A stretch of 64,000 bases of DNA from an uncultured delta proteobacterium (GCA_963699755.1 CAVOVB010000004.1:64001-128000); one strand, 5' to 3'; numbered from the stretch's first letter, positions 46,412 to 56,557 are shown. The notes: generated from the letters alone by a model not told the origin. Numbers and translations are program-made.

Positions 46412-47986
46412 ATGCTTCCGAAGATGCGCGTGTACCTGTCAGGCCCCATGGGAGCTGGGAAGTCGACTGTGGCAGCCTCTGTCGCCAGGCAGCTGGGCAC
46501 CCACTCCCTCGATTTGGATGACAGAGTCGAGGAGTTGGCTGGGCGTTCGGTTTCCGAGATCTTCTCGGAGCGAGGGGAGGTTGCATTTCGTGCCCTCGAA
46601 AAAGAAGCCCTGAGGACACTGCCTTCCGATGTCGCTGTGGTGTCCCTCGGTGGGGGTACCATCGTCGATAACGAGACCCGCCAGATGCTTCTCCGCGAGG
46701 GGATTCTGATTACGCTGACCGCAGCCCCCGACGTGCTGGCAGCTCGGGTTGGGGCGGGCCACGGGAGGCCGCTGCTCGCTCGAGACCCCCGGCGAGACCT
46801 GCAGCGGATCGTCGAGGCCAGGGCTGCCGCCTACGCGGAAGCCCACGCGGTCATCGACACGAGCACGCTCGAACCCGAAGAGATCGCCGCGGAGATTGTG
46901 AGCGTGCGCAATCTGGCGCCAATCGTGGTGCCTCTGGGCCTGCGGACGTATCGAGTCGAGGTCGGCCGTGGCGCACGCCATCGGGTAGGGATTCGCGCAA
47001 ACCAGCACGCCGACGGCGACGCCATACTGGTTTTCGATGGAGACGAGGACCGTCCCTGGCCTCAAGACGCCGTCCGCGATCTCACTCTGGCCTCGAAGCC
47101 TCCCATCGAGGTGAAGCTTCCTGGGAGCGAAGCCCACAAAAACATCGCTAGCGTCGAGCGGGTCTGGGACAGGGCCCTCGAAGCGGAAGTCGACCGGCGC
47201 GCGATCATCATCGGCTTGGGCGGCGGCGTCATCGGGGACTTAGCAGGCTTCGCGGCGTCGACCCTGTTGCGTGGCGTGAGCCTCGGGCAGATTCCGACGA
47301 CCTTGCTCGCCATGGTCGACAGCTCGGTGGGAGGCAAGACCGGGTTCAACCGACCTCGCGGCAAGAATCTGGTCGGCACATTCTACCAACCGAAGTTCGT
47401 TCTCTGCGACGTGGAGACGCTTTCCACGCTTCCGCGGGAAGAGCGAATCGCAGGCTTGGCGGAGGCGGTGAAGAGCGCCTGGCTCGACTCCGAAGAGTCG
47501 GTCGCAATGCTCGAACGTGACGCCGAGGCACTCGTGGCCGGCGATGCGGATGCGACGATTCGCGCGGTGCGGATGTCGATCTTGCTCAAGTCGCGCATCG
47601 TTCATGAAGACGAGCAGGAGTCGGGCCGCCGGATGCTCTTGAATTTGGGCCACACGGTCGGCCATGCGCTCGAAGCTGAGGGCGAATACCGCAGGATCCG
47701 ACACGGGGAGGGGGTCGCACTCGGGATGATCGCCGCCACGCGAATTGCGGCAGGGCTCGGGCGAGGGCGCCGGGCGGAAACCGAGCGCCTCACACGACTT
47801 CTCGAAAAACTGGGACTGCCCACCGATCTCGATCAACGACTGAACAGCCGTGCGCTTGGGTTCATCGGCGCAGACAAGAAACGCCGCGGCGAGAGAATTC
47901 ACTTCGTAATTCCGCGGCTTCCAGGCGAAACCGAAATCGCGCTTCTCGGCCTCGATGAGGTTCGGAGCGCACTGGCGCAATCCTGA
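46412..47986 (+). CDS. aroB: Bifunctional shikimate kinase / 3-dehydroquinate synthase (AroK-AroB fusion)
   Basis: N-terminal GPMGAGKST..GEVAFR..GGG..RPLL; C-terminal GGGVIGDL, PTTLLAMVDSSVGGKTG, LNLGHT.GHA.E, HGEGV. Confidence 0.94.
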   Translation: MLPKMRVYLSGPMGAGKSTVAASVARQLGTHSLDLDDRVEELAGRSVSEIFSERGEVAFRALEKEALRTLPSDVAVVSLGGGTIVDNETRQMLLREGILITLTAAPDVLAARVGAGHGRPLLARDPRRDLQRIVEARAAAYAEAHAVIDTSTLEPEEIAAEIVSVRNLAPIVVPLGLRTYRVEVGRGARHRVGIRANQHADGDAILVFDGDEDRPWPQDAVRDLTLASKPPIEVKLPGSEAHKNIASVERVWDRALEAEVDRRAIIIGLGGGVIGDLAGFAASTLLRGVSLGQIPTTLLAMVDSSVGGKTGFNRPRGKNLVGTFYQPKFVLCDVETLSTLPREERIAGLAEAVKSAWLDSEESVAMLERDAEALVAGDADATIRAVRMSILLKSRIVHEDEQESGRRMLLNLGHTVGHALEAEGEYRRIRHGEGVALGMIAATRIAAGLGRGRRAETERLTRLLEKLGLPTDLDQRLNSRALGFIGADKKRRGERIHFVIPRLPGETEIALLGLDEVRSALAQS

Positions 47987-48051
47987 GTACCGGAAATTTG
48001 CCGGCGTAGACCCAGGGTCGGTACCATAGGGGCACCCTTTGGAGGGGACTT

Positions 48052-48702
48052 ATGAGTCGAATCATCCTCATGGCTATGGTGCTGGCGGTGACCGTTGCTG
48101 GGTGCAACCGCTTCCCTGACAACGGGTTGCAGATCACCGCAAATCTACTGCCGAACGACAGTTGTTTTGTAACCGCCGACCAAGAAGAGCGACTCCTGGG
48201 TGGTATCTGGGACATCAGCTATCGTACCCCAAGCGGCGAAACCCCGGACTACTCCATCGCTCTCGCGCTCGAGAGTTATCTGGTGGTTACCGCGCTTGAA
48301 TTCCAAGGCCAGCAAAACAATCTTCAAGTCGACAACTATGACATCACCCTGCTGCTCCCAGACGGATCGAAGGCGGACCTCGGCGGTTTGGCGAACCCGT
48401 ACCGAGTCAATACGAGCGCGGTGCTTCCTCCGATCGAACCGGGAAGCGATCCGTCCCGCGAAGTAGCGTTTGCGACGGGGATTCCCGGGGACTACCAGGG
48501 GGCTGTCGTGGGCCTCGGCGTGAGCTCTATCTTGCTCGACATTCGGGCCGGCGGGACCACCCGCGGCGGCTTCAGCCAGCGGTCCGCACCGTTTGTATGG
48601 CCCGTCACGCTCTGCGAAGGTTGCCTGAATAACTGTTTGGCGGACAATCTCGACAGCAGCTGCCTTCCCGGTCAAGACACCTGGCCGTACTGCGCGCTCT
48701 AG
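48052..48702 (+). CDS. Cys-rich hypothetical lipoprotein
   Basis: GGAGG RBS; lipobox VAGC; C-terminal C-x2-C-x3-C..CLPGQD..C. Confidence 0.8.
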   Translation: MSRIILMAMVLAVTVAGCNRFPDNGLQITANLLPNDSCFVTADQEERLLGGIWDISYRTPSGETPDYSIALALESYLVVTALEFQGQQNNLQVDNYDITLLLPDGSKADLGGLANPYRVNTSAVLPPIEPGSDPSREVAFATGIPGDYQGAVVGLGVSSILLDIRAGGTTRGGFSQRSAPFVWPVTLCEGCLNNCLADNLDSSCLPGQDTWPYCAL

Positions 48703-50456
48703 CGAAGCGCAAAGAGGTACGGCGGCACCAGTGCGACTTGCTCTTCAGCGAGGATGCGCAAAGTCTGTGCCCAGGCCTCGGCCGGAAGTGACGCAGCCAA
48801 GGGGTGCTGGCGAAGCCAGCGGCGTTGCATCGCGCGCGCTTCGTCTTCTCCATTTCCGCTCAAGAGCTCATTGATCGCGTCAAAAATGCCCTTGGGTGCG
48901 GGCCAGAGCTCGACCGGTGCCTCAGGGCCGAGCCCCCCGGCGGCACGGGCTTTTTCGAGCGCTTCACTGAGCCCTGCCATCTCGTCGATGAGGCCGAGCT
49001 CCTTGCCGTCCTGGCCGGTCATCACGCGGCCTTCCGCGGCGGCCAGAACCGCTTCACGCTCCATTTGGCGACCCGTGGCCACACGATTGATGAAGCGATC
49101 ATAGGTGTCGCGAAGCAGCGATTCGAAGGCTTCGCGCTCGCTAGCGTTCAATCCTCGCACCGGCGTGGACCAGGCCGCGCGCTTCCCGCGCTGCAAGATG
49201 AACGTATTGACGCCGATGTCCTCGGCGAGCGCGGCGAAGTTGAACTTGCCCCCGACGACACCGATCGAGCCCACCAGGCTATTGGGGTGAGCAAGGATCT
49301 CCCTCGCCGCGGACGCGATGTAGTATCCACCGCTCGCGGCCATGTCTCCGACGCTCGCGATCAAGGGCTTCTTTTCGCCCAGATTGCGTGCCGCTTCCCA
49401 CATGCGATCGCTAGCAAGCGCCGAACCTCCCGGCGAGTTGATCCGCATCACGACCGCTTTTACATGTTCGTCGTTTTCGAGTCTCTCCATCGCCCTCACG
49501 AATGGGCCTGAGACGGCATCTCCCCTCGAATCCGATTCGCCATCGCTGATGCTGCCATTCACGAAGACCAACGCGACCCGATCGCCGGTGCTCTTGGGCT
49601 TCTCACTCTCGCCGCTGAGCAAGCCCAGGAACTGCCCCAAGGTGAGCGGCTCTTGTTTGGGCAGCATCCGAGTGTGTCGAATGGTCTCCACCTGGGCGGC
49701 CTTCTTGATCTCCTCGCGCGACTCCCGGAGGAAGCTGACCGAATCGATCAGTCCCGCTTTCAGAGCCTCTGCCGATCCGTAGGGGCCTTCGTCGATCAGC
49801 ATGCTGGCCCGCTTCAAGTCTCCCGCGGTTCGGGACTTGGTGGCCTCGAGCAAAGCGCCTTGCAGGTCATCGAGAATCGCATCCATCGACTGCTTGGCCT
49901 CCGGGGGCATGTCGTTTCGGATGAACATGTCCCCAGCGCCCTTGTAGCGCCCCATATGGATGATTTCGGCTTCGACCCCGACCTTCTGCAGCAGCGAGCG
50001 AGCGTAGATCATGACGGCTGCCGGCCCGATCAAATCCAGCGTACCGGCGGGCGACATACTGATGCGGTCGCAACTCGAGCTCAGCAAGAGATAGCCAACA
50101 TTGTCCGCAGACTCGAAATGACAGTGGACGGGCCGGTTATCCGCCTGGAACTCCGCGAGTGCCTCGACGAGGTCTTCGACGCTCCCCCACGCACCCTGCA
50201 GCGCTCCAACCCGTAGGAATAGGCCCTTGACCCTCTCGTCGCCGGTCGCTTCCCAAATCCGCTCGAGCACGTCGTGCAGCGTCGGGCGCGGTGGACCGAA
50301 GGGATCGTGCTCGGCGCCGTCGGGAAAGGGCTGTAAGAGCCGAAGCTCCCGAACCACCGGTTCGTCCGACTCTCGTGATTCCTTGCTACACGACGCCGCG
50401 GTCAGCGATGCCAGGACTGTGATGATGAGCGCCATAGGACGCGTGCTGTGCTTCAT
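48699..50456 (-). CDS. sppA: Signal peptide peptidase SppA (67K type, S49)
   Basis: G.YK, RINSPGGSALAS, AASGGYYIA, GSIGV, AEGRV.TG; tandem S49 domains. Confidence 0.93.
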   Translation of the reverse strand: MKHSTRPMALIITVLASLTAASCSKESRESDEPVVRELRLLQPFPDGAEHDPFGPPRPTLHDVLERIWEATGDERVKGLFLRVGALQGAWGSVEDLVEALAEFQADNRPVHCHFESADNVGYLLLSSSCDRISMSPAGTLDLIGPAAVMIYARSLLQKVGVEAEIIHMGRYKGAGDMFIRNDMPPEAKQSMDAILDDLQGALLEATKSRTAGDLKRASMLIDEGPYGSAEALKAGLIDSVSFLRESREEIKKAAQVETIRHTRMLPKQEPLTLGQFLGLLSGESEKPKSTGDRVALVFVNGSISDGESDSRGDAVSGPFVRAMERLENDEHVKAVVMRINSPGGSALASDRMWEAARNLGEKKPLIASVGDMAASGGYYIASAAREILAHPNSLVGSIGVVGGKFNFAALAEDIGVNTFILQRGKRAAWSTPVRGLNASEREAFESLLRDTYDRFINRVATGRQMEREAVLAAAEGRVMTGQDGKELGLIDEMAGLSEALEKARAAGGLGPEAPVELWPAPKGIFDAINELLSGNGEDEARAMQRRWLRQHPLAASLPAEAWAQTLRILAEEQVALVPPYLFALR

Positions 50457-52744
50457 GGTCTTGTCGTTCCCGGCTCCTGCGTTGGCCCGTCCGATGGGGG
50501 TGGCTCCGGATTCGCGACAGGCGCGGGCTGTGGCTCTCGGCCCGGCTCGAGCTCCGGGGGAAGCTTCGCGCGGGGTTCCAATCGCTTGATGGCTGCGATG
50601 GCGACCGAGGCATGGGTGCCAGACGGACGCCGTTTCACGTACGTGTAGTACGCCGAGACCGCTTCTTCGTTTCGTCCAAGACGCTCGCAGGTTCTCCCGA
50701 GATTGAAGTAGCCGTCCGGATGACCCCGTTGCCCCGCAACTCTGAAATAACGGGCCGCCGAGTCGTAGTCCTCCATGCCGGTCAAGACCTTGCCGAGGCC
50801 ATCCATCGCCTCGGCAGAGCCGGGGCGCGCTTCCAAGGCACTATCGAAGTAGGCGCGGGCGCGGGAATAGTTTTCCGCCGCCAGCTCGGCGCGACCCTGT
50901 GTCATGTACCAGTCGTAGTCCCGCACCGGCGGCCGCCCATCGACAAACGCGTCACTCCCGGCAGCCTGCGCGAGGCGCTCATAGTCGTCCTCGCGGCGTT
51001 TGGCCGGAGCGATTCGTTCCGTAGGTGGAGCCGGCGACGCGGGCTCGGTCGCGTTCGGAGCCTCGGTCCCTTGCCCGGACCCCGTCTCACTCGCCTGTGC
51101 GGCCCCTGCCACGGCCTCCGTCGCGCTCCCCACCGCTGCCCCTGCCGCTGCCTCAGCGTTCACCACAATGCCAGCGTCCGCTACGACGCCGGCGTCCGCT
51201 ACGACGCCAGCATCGGCGAGGGGCTCCGACGCCCGCAGCTCGGCAAGCAGCTTCGCTGCAACCGGATGGTCCGGATGGTCGAGCAAAATCCTCTCCAGGG
51301 GCTTCGTCGCTTCCGAATCCTCACCCGCGGCGTGCTGCGCCCGCGCCAGCAACAAGAGGTAGGGAACGCCGTCGGGCGAGAGCTCGACGGCCTGTTTGGC
51401 GCTTCTGAGTCCCCGTTCCAAGCGATTGTCCGACTCGGCAGCGGTCAGACGCGCGTCGATCCGGAAGAACTCCGCGGTGCGACTGAATGACATCGACCGA
51501 ACGTTTTCCAGCACGCGACGCGACTCGGCATGATCGCCGGACAAGCGAAGCGCGTCAGCTTCGGAGAGCATCGCTTCCAAATCGCTTGGCTCCATCTGGC
51601 GGGCGCGCTGAGCGGTCGTCATCGCTGCGGTCGTAAGGGCGTCGATGCTCTCGCCCGTTGCCCCAGCGTCGACCTGCGCCTGTGCTGCGAGGGCATAGGC
51701 GCGGGAAAGCCTGGACAGAATCTCCGGGTCGCGATCGCCACCGGCCGCGACCGCAAGGTCATAGGCTTGAATCGCATTCGCGTACGCTGTCGGGTGACCT
51801 TCGGACAAGCTCGCGTCGCCCTCTTCGACGCTCGCTGCGATGAGCGCAGTATCTGCACCGATACCGAGCAGCTGAGCCACACGTTCCCACTGCGCAATCA
51901 CCAGGGCGACCCCGCCCACGATCACGATGAGCATGAGCCAACGCAACGGCGACCCACCACGCTTAGGCAAGCCAGGAATGTCGTCATCGTCGTCATAGTA
52001 AGCTGGCGGCGGCGTGCTCGGTTGCCTCCCAGAAGGCATCCGCTCCTCGAACTCGGCCTCCTCGATCTCCGTCGCACGCGGCGGCGCCGACGAATGGACC
52101 ATCGGCCGGGCCGTATCCGCAGCCGCATCGGCGAGGCGCCCCGCCGCATCGTCGACATCGTCTCCCCACGCCTCCGGCTCTGGCGCTCTCACAGCCTCTG
52201 GCACTGTCACTGGCTCTGCCTCGGCTCCGACGCCTAACTCAGCCGATCCGAGCGGAATCATCCTTTCTCTTGGCATCACGCCAAGCAAGGTCGGCTGCCT
52301 TAGCCGCCGCCCCGGAGGCAGGCTCGAGTCCTTCGAGGGTTGGGCTGACTGTTCGGAGCCTGGCGTTTCAGTCCCGGGAGGAACCGATGAGGGGACCCTC
52401 GTCGAAGGGAGCTGTACGCCTGCCGCCTTGAAGAAGGTCTCCAGCTCGGGAATCAAGCCTAGCGGTTTCCAGTTCTCGTCGCCCCGCGCGATCTCGTTCG
52501 CGGGCGTCAGCTCGCCAGAGCTGATCCGCCGCTGAAGCTCGCGAAGCGAGTCGATCATGTCGATCGAGTCGTCTTCCAATTTGAGGCGCCAAACACTGGT
52601 CGTGCGGTCCGCATCGGCCTCCGCTGTTGGGTACACCTTGAAGACGTGCCCGCAGTTAGTGCATTTCACGCTGGTTCCACGCCCGGAAAGCAGCGTTTCG
52701 TCAAATTCGTATTCGGTGCTGCAGCGCTCGCAAGTAACGTCCAT
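50453..52744 (-). CDS. MJ0042-type zinc-ribbon, single-TM, TPR protein
   Basis: MDVTCERC..VKCTNCGHVF, GYF-like W..L..IPEL segment, Pro/acidic linker, TM segment, periplasmic TPRs. Confidence 0.85.
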   Translation of the reverse strand: MDVTCERCSTEYEFDETLLSGRGTSVKCTNCGHVFKVYPTAEADADRTTSVWRLKLEDDSIDMIDSLRELQRRISSGELTPANEIARGDENWKPLGLIPELETFFKAAGVQLPSTRVPSSVPPGTETPGSEQSAQPSKDSSLPPGRRLRQPTLLGVMPRERMIPLGSAELGVGAEAEPVTVPEAVRAPEPEAWGDDVDDAAGRLADAAADTARPMVHSSAPPRATEIEEAEFEERMPSGRQPSTPPPAYYDDDDDIPGLPKRGGSPLRWLMLIVIVGGVALVIAQWERVAQLLGIGADTALIAASVEEGDASLSEGHPTAYANAIQAYDLAVAAGGDRDPEILSRLSRAYALAAQAQVDAGATGESIDALTTAAMTTAQRARQMEPSDLEAMLSEADALRLSGDHAESRRVLENVRSMSFSRTAEFFRIDARLTAAESDNRLERGLRSAKQAVELSPDGVPYLLLLARAQHAAGEDSEATKPLERILLDHPDHPVAAKLLAELRASEPLADAGVVADAGVVADAGIVVNAEAAAGAAVGSATEAVAGAAQASETGSGQGTEAPNATEPASPAPPTERIAPAKRREDDYERLAQAAGSDAFVDGRPPVRDYDWYMTQGRAELAAENYSRARAYFDSALEARPGSAEAMDGLGKVLTGMEDYDSAARYFRVAGQRGHPDGYFNLGRTCERLGRNEEAVSAYYTYVKRRPSGTHASVAIAAIKRLEPRAKLPPELEPGREPQPAPVANPEPPPSDGPTQEPGTTRP
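51170..51217. repeat. 18-bp tandem repeat (~2.7 copies) encoding ADAGVV
   Basis: gccagcgtccgctacgac / gccggcgtccgctacgac / gccagcatcggc. Confidence 0.8.
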
Positions 52745-52821
52745 CAGTCGAGAAGCCCCCCAGGCTCGTAGTGGTGTGCGGTTGCTCGCCTTCGCCAATG
52801 TTTGCTATGAGAAACCGGCCA

Positions 52822-53493
52822 ATGCGTCGGGATCTGGCTGCATTCATCGATCACACACTCCTGCGACCCGATGCGATCGGGCCCGATTTCGTGCAGCTCT
52901 GCCGTGAAGCTGTTCGGTACAGCTTCGCAACCGTCTGTGTCAATTCGTCCCACGTGGCGCTTTGTACCGCACTGCTGGCGGACCGCCAGGTCCCTATTGC
53001 TGCTACCGTGTCATTCCCCCTAGGAGCGAGCAGCCCAGCCGCGAAGGCCGCAGAAACCACCCAAGCTCTGCTGGATGGGGCTTCGGAAATCGACATGGTC
53101 TGTGCGATCTCTGCCCTCAAAGAAGGCCAGGAGCAGCGCTTCATCGACGAGATTCGGAGGGTGGTCGACGCGGCCGACGGCGCAGCGGTCAAGGTCATCC
53201 TCGAAACCTGCCTACTCAGCGACGCGGAAAAGCGCCGGGGCGCCCAGTGGATTCGGAGCGCCGGGGCGGCATTCGTCAAGACTTCAACCGGCTTCTCGAG
53301 CGGAGGAGCCACCGAGGATGACGTGAGGCTGCTCCGTCGGGCGGTAGGACCCGATTTCGGGGTGAAGGCATCCGGCGGCATACGCAACGCAGCAAGCGCG
53401 GAAAGAATGATTGCGGCAGGTGCCAATCGGCTAGGGACGAGCGCAGGCGTCGCGATCGTGACAGAATCTAACATCGAAGACAGGGGAATCTGA
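52822..53493 (+). CDS. deoC: Deoxyribose-phosphate aldolase
   Basis: IDHTLL, FPLG, EIDMV, KVILET, FVKTSTGF, KASGGIR, RLGTS. Confidence 0.96.
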   Translation: MRRDLAAFIDHTLLRPDAIGPDFVQLCREAVRYSFATVCVNSSHVALCTALLADRQVPIAATVSFPLGASSPAAKAAETTQALLDGASEIDMVCAISALKEGQEQRFIDEIRRVVDAADGAAVKVILETCLLSDAEKRRGAQWIRSAGAAFVKTSTGFSSGGATEDDVRLLRRAVGPDFGVKASGGIRNAASAERMIAAGANRLGTSAGVAIVTESNIEDRGI

Positions 53494-53494
53494 A

Positions 53495-54133
53495 ATGGCA
53501 GTTCAGTCGGTCACAGACGCAACTTTTGAAGCCGAGGTGCTTCGCTCGGATCTTCCAGTACTCGTGGACCTTTACGCGGATTGGTGTCAGCCCTGCAAGC
53601 AGCTCTCGCCGATCGTCGAGCAAGTCGCGACTGAGCTCGTCGGGAAGATCAAGGTCGTCAAGGTCGACGTCGACAACAACCCCATGGTCGCGCAGACCTT
53701 CCGTGCCCAGTCGATCCCCATGCTGCTGGTCATCGCCCAGGGCAGGGTGGCGCAACAGCACGTCGGCGTGCTCGACAAGGCCGGTTTGCTCCGCCTGCTC
53801 GAGCCGGTGATGCCTCGCTCGGCCGCAGAGGTCCGCCCCGACGAGCTGGCCGCGTGGATCGCGCAGGGCAAGGCGGTTCCCGTCGATATCCGCGACGCGG
53901 CGTCGTACGGCCGCTACCGAATTCCCACTGCGCTTCACATTCCCGCGGGTGAGCTGGCAAGCCGGGTCCAAGAGCTGCAGCCCTTCGACGGCCGCGTTCG
54001 AGTGCTCTACGGACGAAGTGAAGAGGCCAAGGACTGGGGTGAGAAACTTCAAGCAGACGGGGTCCAGGTCGGGTTCCTCGCCGGCGGCTTTCTTCACTGG
54101 GAAGCCGACGGGCTCGAGGTCGAGCGAGGTTGA
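53495..54133 (+). CDS. Thioredoxin fused to a rhodanese-like domain
   Basis: YADWCQPC and SIP thioredoxin motifs; C-terminal DIR...Y...RIPTA.H.P and LAGGF..W rhodanese motifs. Confidence 0.88.
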   Translation: MAVQSVTDATFEAEVLRSDLPVLVDLYADWCQPCKQLSPIVEQVATELVGKIKVVKVDVDNNPMVAQTFRAQSIPMLLVIAQGRVAQQHVGVLDKAGLLRLLEPVMPRSAAEVRPDELAAWIAQGKAVPVDIRDAASYGRYRIPTALHIPAGELASRVQELQPFDGRVRVLYGRSEEAKDWGEKLQADGVQVGFLAGGFLHWEADGLEVERG

Positions 54134-54474
54134 AACGTTCACTTCACGTCATCGATGAGCTCCGCGATCCACCGCTTCGGACGCCGAGGCTTGTGCGCGT
54201 GGGAAACCGGGTCGTCTCGGTCGTCGATACCGCAGATGGGCTGGCGAGCCGTCGCTTCGCGGACGCCCTGGTCGAAACCGGAGCGACTCGCCTCAGCGAC
54301 GAGAGTGATGCCCGCCCCGACCTCCGGATCGTCATCCGTGGCGCCGCTGCGTCCGCCGAGGCCCGTCTGGGTGCGGAGGTTCTGGAAGAGGCTGCGGATC
54401 TCGTGCTCGGATCGGCGCGCCGCAGTTTCGCAAGGCTTCTGGGATCGGCCTGCGCCCGTTCGGTGAACGACTAG
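54130..54474 (+). CDS. Hypothetical protein
   Basis: TTGA overlap with the thioredoxin gene; no recognisable motif. Confidence 0.5.
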   Translation: MKRSLHVIDELRDPPLRTPRLVRVGNRVVSVVDTADGLASRRFADALVETGATRLSDESDARPDLRIVIRGAAASAEARLGAEVLEEAADLVLGSARRSFARLLGSACARSVND

Positions 54475-54615
54475 GTTGCCGCCGGAAAGCTCTGGCCCCG
54501 GCGCCACCCGATCGAGGTGCTCGCGGCGCGCTGTTCATGCGAGGCGGTGCCCTATCTCCTGGTGTTTCGACGACTGCCGACCGCCCGAGAGCGGCGAGCC
54601 CATCGACGAGTGCGG

Positions 54616-55710
54616 CTAGGGCTTGCAGCTCGGTAGCTGGCCGTCGACCAACTCCACGTTCATCCGAATCCGCTTCTTCGCTTTCGGTGTCATGTATACC
54701 TTGCAGTCGGCGCCGACGATCACCGCTTCGGCGGGATAGGCGATCCGGCTGAGCATTCTCAGCGCCTTCTCAGGCCCGAGAACGAAGGCTGCGGTGCTCA
54801 GGGCATCGGCATAGATGCCCTCCGACGTCATGATCGTCACCGAGAGGGACTTGTCGGCGGGCCGACCCGTTTTCGGGTCGATGATGTGGTGCCAGCGTTT
54901 GCCGGCGCCGTCGAACACAGCGTGCTCGTAGTCGCCCGAGGTCGAAAACGAGGCGCCGGTAGACTCTAAGGCCGCGAAATAGCTGCTCGGATCTCTCGGG
55001 TGCTGAATGCCGACGCGCCAGGGGCGCCCATCTCGCTCGCCATGCACTTGCACCTGGCCTCCTCCAAAAATCATGTAGCTGTCGACGCCGGCTCCACGAA
55101 GAACCGCCCCGGCTTGATCGAGCGCGTAGCCCTTTGCGATGCCACCTGTTCCGATCGCCATTCCGCGCTTCTTCAGAAACACCGTTTGGTACTTCTTGTC
55201 GACACGGACCTTGCGATAGTCGATCAACGCGATGCGTGGCTTGATCTCTTCGAGAGTTGGAATCTTGATCGAGTCGGGACGGAAATCGTAGAGGCCCCAG
55301 AGCGCGGCCCAAGAAAGATCAAACGCGCCGCGCGACCAGATCGACACATCCATGCCTGCGTCGACGACGCGCAACGCATCGGCGCCGACCCTGACCGGCT
55401 TCTTCCCAGCGAAGCTGTTCACCTTGGAGATGTCGCTATCGTCACGCCATTCGGACAGAACGGTCTCCAGTCGCTCAATTTCTTCAAACGCCTGACGGAT
55501 CGCGTTCTCGGCGTTGTCTGGGGGCGAGTCCACCTGGATGCGGAACACCGTGCTCATCAGCGGCCGCGTTCTCGAGAGCGAAGCGGGGCTCGAGTGGTCG
55601 GAAGCTGCCGAGCGGGGCGTCGCTTCGGTCGTTTCGCTCTTGCTTTGGCAACCGCATCCGAATGCGAGCAGCGCGATCGCGGCGCACGCGCAAGCTGAGC
55701 CCTTCGCCAC
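54616..55710 (-). CDS. apbE: FAD:protein FMN transferase
   Basis: MST, S..S.VN, GAFD, GGIAKGY, WRVGIQHP, STSGDYE, HHIIDPKTG, ADALSTA; lipoprotein-like leader. Start trimmed to GTG 55710. Confidence 0.93.
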   Translation of the reverse strand: MAKGSACACAAIALLAFGCGCQSKSETTEATPRSAASDHSSPASLSRTRPLMSTVFRIQVDSPPDNAENAIRQAFEEIERLETVLSEWRDDSDISKVNSFAGKKPVRVGADALRVVDAGMDVSIWSRGAFDLSWAALWGLYDFRPDSIKIPTLEEIKPRIALIDYRKVRVDKKYQTVFLKKRGMAIGTGGIAKGYALDQAGAVLRGAGVDSYMIFGGGQVQVHGERDGRPWRVGIQHPRDPSSYFAALESTGASFSTSGDYEHAVFDGAGKRWHHIIDPKTGRPADKSLSVTIMTSEGIYADALSTAAFVLGPEKALRMLSRIAYPAEAVIVGADCKVYMTPKAKKRIRMNVELVDGQLPSCKP

Positions 55711-55786
55711 GGCGCCACTCTCGTCGCGAACCGTGCCTGCGTCAACCCGGCTTGCGCTTTGACGCACGGTTGGTACTCCTGTGCAC

Positions 55787-56554
55787 ATGCGGGCCATCTT
55801 GGGGGTGCGTTCGGGTCGCCTTGTCTTGGTACTGGCCTGCCTTTCAGTGTCGCCTACGCCGCGCGCGGCTGCGTTCGGTGATGAGGCCGGCGTAGAAATC
55901 GTATCTCTCGACCTCGGCAAGGGCCCCGCCGACGCCCTGAGCGTGACCGAGCGCCTCGCCTGGGAGGTGCGCAAGCGGTCGAGCGTCGAGCCGATTCTCG
56001 AGCCTGGTCGGACCACGCTGGACAAGCCATCTCTGTTTCGAAGCCCCTTCCTATACTGGCGCGGTCGGGATGAATTTCCTCCGCTGAGCGAAGAATCCAT
56101 CGAAGGGCTTCGCAAGTACATCCATCGGGGCGGGTTCATTTTGATCGACGATGCCACCGCCGGGGGCGAGGCATTCGATCGTGCCGTTCGCCGAGAGCTT
56201 CTTCGCGCCTTCCCGGCACTTCCCTTGAAACCGATTCCGGCGGAACACACGATCTACCGATCGTTCTATCTCCTCGAAAGGCCGGTCGGGCGGGTTCAAG
56301 GTCCGGCGTTTCTCGAAGGAATCACGTACGGGGATCGCATCGCCATCGTTTACTCGCGGCATGACCTCGGCGGAGCGCTTCAGCGCGACAAGCTTGGCGC
56401 ATGGAGCCAGGCCGTCGTTCCCGGTGGCGAGCGACAGCGCGAACAGGCCATCCGTCTCGGGGTGAACTTGCTCATGTACGCGCTCTGCACCGACTACAAA
56501 GACGACCAGGTCCATGCCCCGTTCATCATGCGTCGTCGGGGCTCAGGCCTCTGA
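55787..56554 (+). CDS. DUF4159 domain protein
   Basis: PFLYW, LRKY...GGFILIDD, HTIYRSFYLL, GVNLLMYAL..DYK.DQVH.PFI. Confidence 0.88.
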   Translation: MRAILGVRSGRLVLVLACLSVSPTPRAAAFGDEAGVEIVSLDLGKGPADALSVTERLAWEVRKRSSVEPILEPGRTTLDKPSLFRSPFLYWRGRDEFPPLSEESIEGLRKYIHRGGFILIDDATAGGEAFDRAVRRELLRAFPALPLKPIPAEHTIYRSFYLLERPVGRVQGPAFLEGITYGDRIAIVYSRHDLGGALQRDKLGAWSQAVVPGGERQREQAIRLGVNLLMYALCTDYKDDQVHAPFIMRRRGSGL

Positions 56555-56557
56555 GGG

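Noticed and set aside
54475..54615. Possible gene remnant or small ORF between the hypothetical gene and apbE
   Set aside because: No RBS or recognisable motif; too short to support.
55711..56250. N-terminal extension of ApbE in the 544-aa ORF
   Set aside because: Antisense shadow of the DUF4159 gene; ApbE similarity starts after the lipoprotein-like leader.
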